A stretch of 27,612 nucleotides of DNA from a virus (taxonomy: Duplodnaviria; Caudoviricetes), in the IMG/VR virus record IMGVR_UViG_3300005512_000265, positions 1 through 27,612 of that record. One strand, written 5' to 3'. Made by a program: the position numbers and the translations under genes. Below are positions 25,610 through 27,612 of the stretch, piece by piece. How positions within the stretch are numbered: position 1 is the stretch's first letter; each line of letters begins with the position of its first letter. The notes beneath the pieces are model-generated. The model made no database searches, was not told the origin of the DNA, and saw only the letters and a list, made by a program, of their open reading frames with translations.

Positions 25610-26026
25610 ATGATTAAAGTATTATCACAAGAAGAGCTAGCAATAAGGTGGCATGAGATAAAACCCTTTATAGATAAAGCTATTGAACATGGCATAGAAG
25701 AAACTACTTCTATGGATATGTTTAAAGGAGCTATGAATAATACTTACTATTGTATAGAAGTTATTCACAATGATATTACAGTATCTTATGCAATGCTTCG
25801 TGTTAATCACTTTGAACAACATTCTCAATTACAAATTGTTACAGCTACTGCAGCTTCAGAAGACAAGTGGGAAGAGTATGCTAAAGAGTCTCTAGAGTAT
25901 GCAGAACAAACAGCTAAACAAATAGGTTGTAAATATGTATCAGTTTGGGGAAGACCGGGATGGATAAAAAAATTAAAAACATTTGGGTACTCACATACCT
26001 ATACTGTTATGACTAAGGAAGTTTAA
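25610..26026 (+). CDS. Acyltransferase (GNAT)-like virion assembly protein
   Basis: AKQIGCKYVSVWGRPGWIKKLKTFGY motif. Position before internal proteins, analogous to T7 gp13. Fold is inferred. Confidence 0.55.
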   Translation: MIKVLSQEELAIRWHEIKPFIDKAIEHGIEETTSMDMFKGAMNNTYYCIEVIHNDITVSYAMLRVNHFEQHSQLQIVTATAASEDKWEEYAKESLEYAEQTAKQIGCKYVSVWGRPGWIKKLKTFGYSHTYTVMTKEV

Positions 26027-26740
26027 ATGAAAATTAATGAAACTATGTTTGATACAAATGATCAATTTAATGATTATTTGAATATTACAGTAGAGACTGG
26101 CTGTGATTCTCTTAATAAAAAACTAAACAGTCATATTTGTTATAAAGGTGGTGGCTCTCAAACTACAACTTCTGGTATTGATGAAGAGTTTAAACCTGAT
26201 GTTTTAGATATGTTAAGTGATGCAAAGAGGTTGTATGACACTGGCCAGCTTGGAAGAGTTGCTGGTCTGACAGAAGAAATGCGTCGAGGTATTGCAGCTG
26301 GAACATCAGCTGGACGTAATCAACAATCACTTGCAGGAACAATGCAAGATATTGCTCAAGCACCTGTAGATCTTTCAGGTATGCGTACTGCAGCATCTCA
26401 AGAAGCTATGAATACTTTAGGTATAACTCGTGATGCAGCAGGTGCTCGTGGAGCTTTAGGTGGTTCTCGTCAAGCTATTAATGAATCTAGCATAGCCAAT
26501 CAACTTGCAGCTAACTTTGCTAATATCGATCAACAAGCTCAACAGCAACAAATGCAAAACCTTCAGACAGCTATTGGTGGGCAAGGTGCAGCTTATCAAA
26601 CACTATCTGATGTTGGTGCTTCTACTCAAGATTATTCTCAAGCCCAAGCAGATGCTCCTTATACAGCACTTGCTCAACGTGTAGGTATGTTTACTGGACT
26701 AGCTCCAAAACAAACAACTACAACTGGCGGAGGTAAGTAA
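26027..26740 (+). CDS. Internal virion / DNA ejection protein
   Basis: Q/A/G-rich helical protein with KGGGSQTTTS, GALGGSRQAI and C-terminal TTTTGGGK. Synteny. Confidence 0.7.
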   Translation: MKINETMFDTNDQFNDYLNITVETGCDSLNKKLNSHICYKGGGSQTTTSGIDEEFKPDVLDMLSDAKRLYDTGQLGRVAGLTEEMRRGIAAGTSAGRNQQSLAGTMQDIAQAPVDLSGMRTAASQEAMNTLGITRDAAGARGALGGSRQAINESSIANQLAANFANIDQQAQQQQMQNLQTAIGGQGAAYQTLSDVGASTQDYSQAQADAPYTALAQRVGMFTGLAPKQTTTTGGGK

Positions 26741-27612
26741 TGAGTTTAAGGGATGTTTATGGTAGAAAGCGTAAAAAAATGCTTGTACCTAAAATTCAAG
26801 AAATCCCTACTCCTACTCCTACTAATGTAGATTTTTCAGATCCATTACTTACTATGGCTGGAACTTTAGCAGGTCGAGCTGCTGGGACTGCAGTAGGCGG
26901 TCCGGTAGGTGGGGAAATTGGAGCATCATTAGGTGGTCAAATTGCAGGTAAAGGAACTGTTGACTTAGAAAAAACAGCTTTAGATTCTGCTAGTGGTGCA
27001 GGAGGGCAAGCTTTAACTGGGTCTACGACTGATTTTTTATCTAAACAAAAAGGTGCTATAGCATCTGCAAATGCTTTAGATATTAATCCAATAAGCCAAC
27101 AAGCTCAAATGTTAGGTGAAGCTGGTTCTGAATTTGCTCCCGGTGCATTTGATTCTGAATTAGAAAAAGAAAAAAGACGTAGATTTGGATTTTTTTCTGA
27201 AGGTGGGAAGGTAGAAGTTGATGATGCATATTGTATCTTAAACCCAAATGACCCTAGATGTTTAAATAGAATTTCTGGTAACTCTTATGAAGTTGGCCCT
27301 ACTCCAATTTCAGGTATTCAACCTTCATCTGGCCCTTACATGAATACAGCTTGGGGTCTTTATTCATATGGTCAAAACGCTCCTTTCTTTGCTCCCGGCA
27401 AAATAGCAGCAGATGTTATTGGCGGTGCAATGCTTGATACTCAAATGGATAAAATAACAAAATCATTTGATGCATTAGATACCTTAAGCGAAACTGTATC
27501 TGATAACGAAGGTAATGTGTCTCAGTCTATGAGTGAAGAAGATGTTGATTCTATGGATAACAGTTACAGCATTGGGGGTAAAATAAAGAATATGAAAAAT
27601 ATTAAAAAGATA
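26740..27612 (+). CDS. Internal virion / ejection protein (3'-truncated), not in ORF track
   Basis: ATG at 26740 (TAATG overlap), open for 291 codons to the window end: MSLRDVYGRKRKK...AAGTAVGGPVGGEIGASLGG (glycine-zipper-like). Confidence 0.75.
   Translation, partial: MSLRDVYGRKRKKMLVPKIQEIPTPTPTNVDFSDPLLTMAGTLAGRAAGTAVGGPVGGEIGASLGGQIAGKGTVDLEKTALDSASGAGGQALTGSTTDFLSKQKGAIASANALDINPISQQAQMLGEAGSEFAPGAFDSELEKEKRRRFGFFSEGGKVEVDDAYCILNPNDPRCLNRISGNSYEVGPTPISGIQPSSGPYMNTAWGLYSYGQNAPFFAPGKIAADVIGGAMLDTQMDKITKSFDALDTLSETVSDNEGNVSQSMSEEDVDSMDNSYSIGGKIKNMKNIKKI

Noticed and set aside
3656-26396. Short alternative-frame and minus-strand ORFs in the track (e.g. 3656-3844, 4897-5091, 7936-8175, 13146-13568, 17228-17632, 17344-17769, 21896-22144, 24663-24857, 26190-26396)
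   Set aside because: All overlap well-supported + strand genes and are best explained as shadows of biased or repetitive codons.
26806-26823. (CCTACT)3 microsatellite
   Set aside because: Encodes a short in-frame PTPTPT linker and is too short to imply phase variation.

Overview
Co-directional (+ strand), AT-rich structural and lysis region of a tailed dsDNA phage, most likely a short-tailed podovirus. Gene order resembles phiEco32/SU10 (Kuravirus)-type phages and many aquatic metagenomic phages: large terminase (5'-truncated), portal, scaffold, major capsid, adaptor, a ~11 kb block of tail fibre/lectin/glycine-rich genes, small membrane and basic proteins with a GH108 endolysin, nozzle, tail tip, chaperone, a GNAT-like protein and internal (ejection) proteins running off the 3' end. 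I saw no tRNA, CRISPR array, integrase, transposase or reverse transcriptase. Main leads: (1) a structured non-coding leader between terminase and portal, with a perfect extended -10, a pseudoknot/switch, an anti-SD-like segment complementary to two downstream RBSs and a 23-bp G-U-containing stem; (2) an apparently hierarchical, branched receptor-binding system with a nested domain duplication; (3) strong avoidance of CCWGG; (4) several small genes missed by the ORF track. Family names come from recalled motifs and synteny, not database searches.
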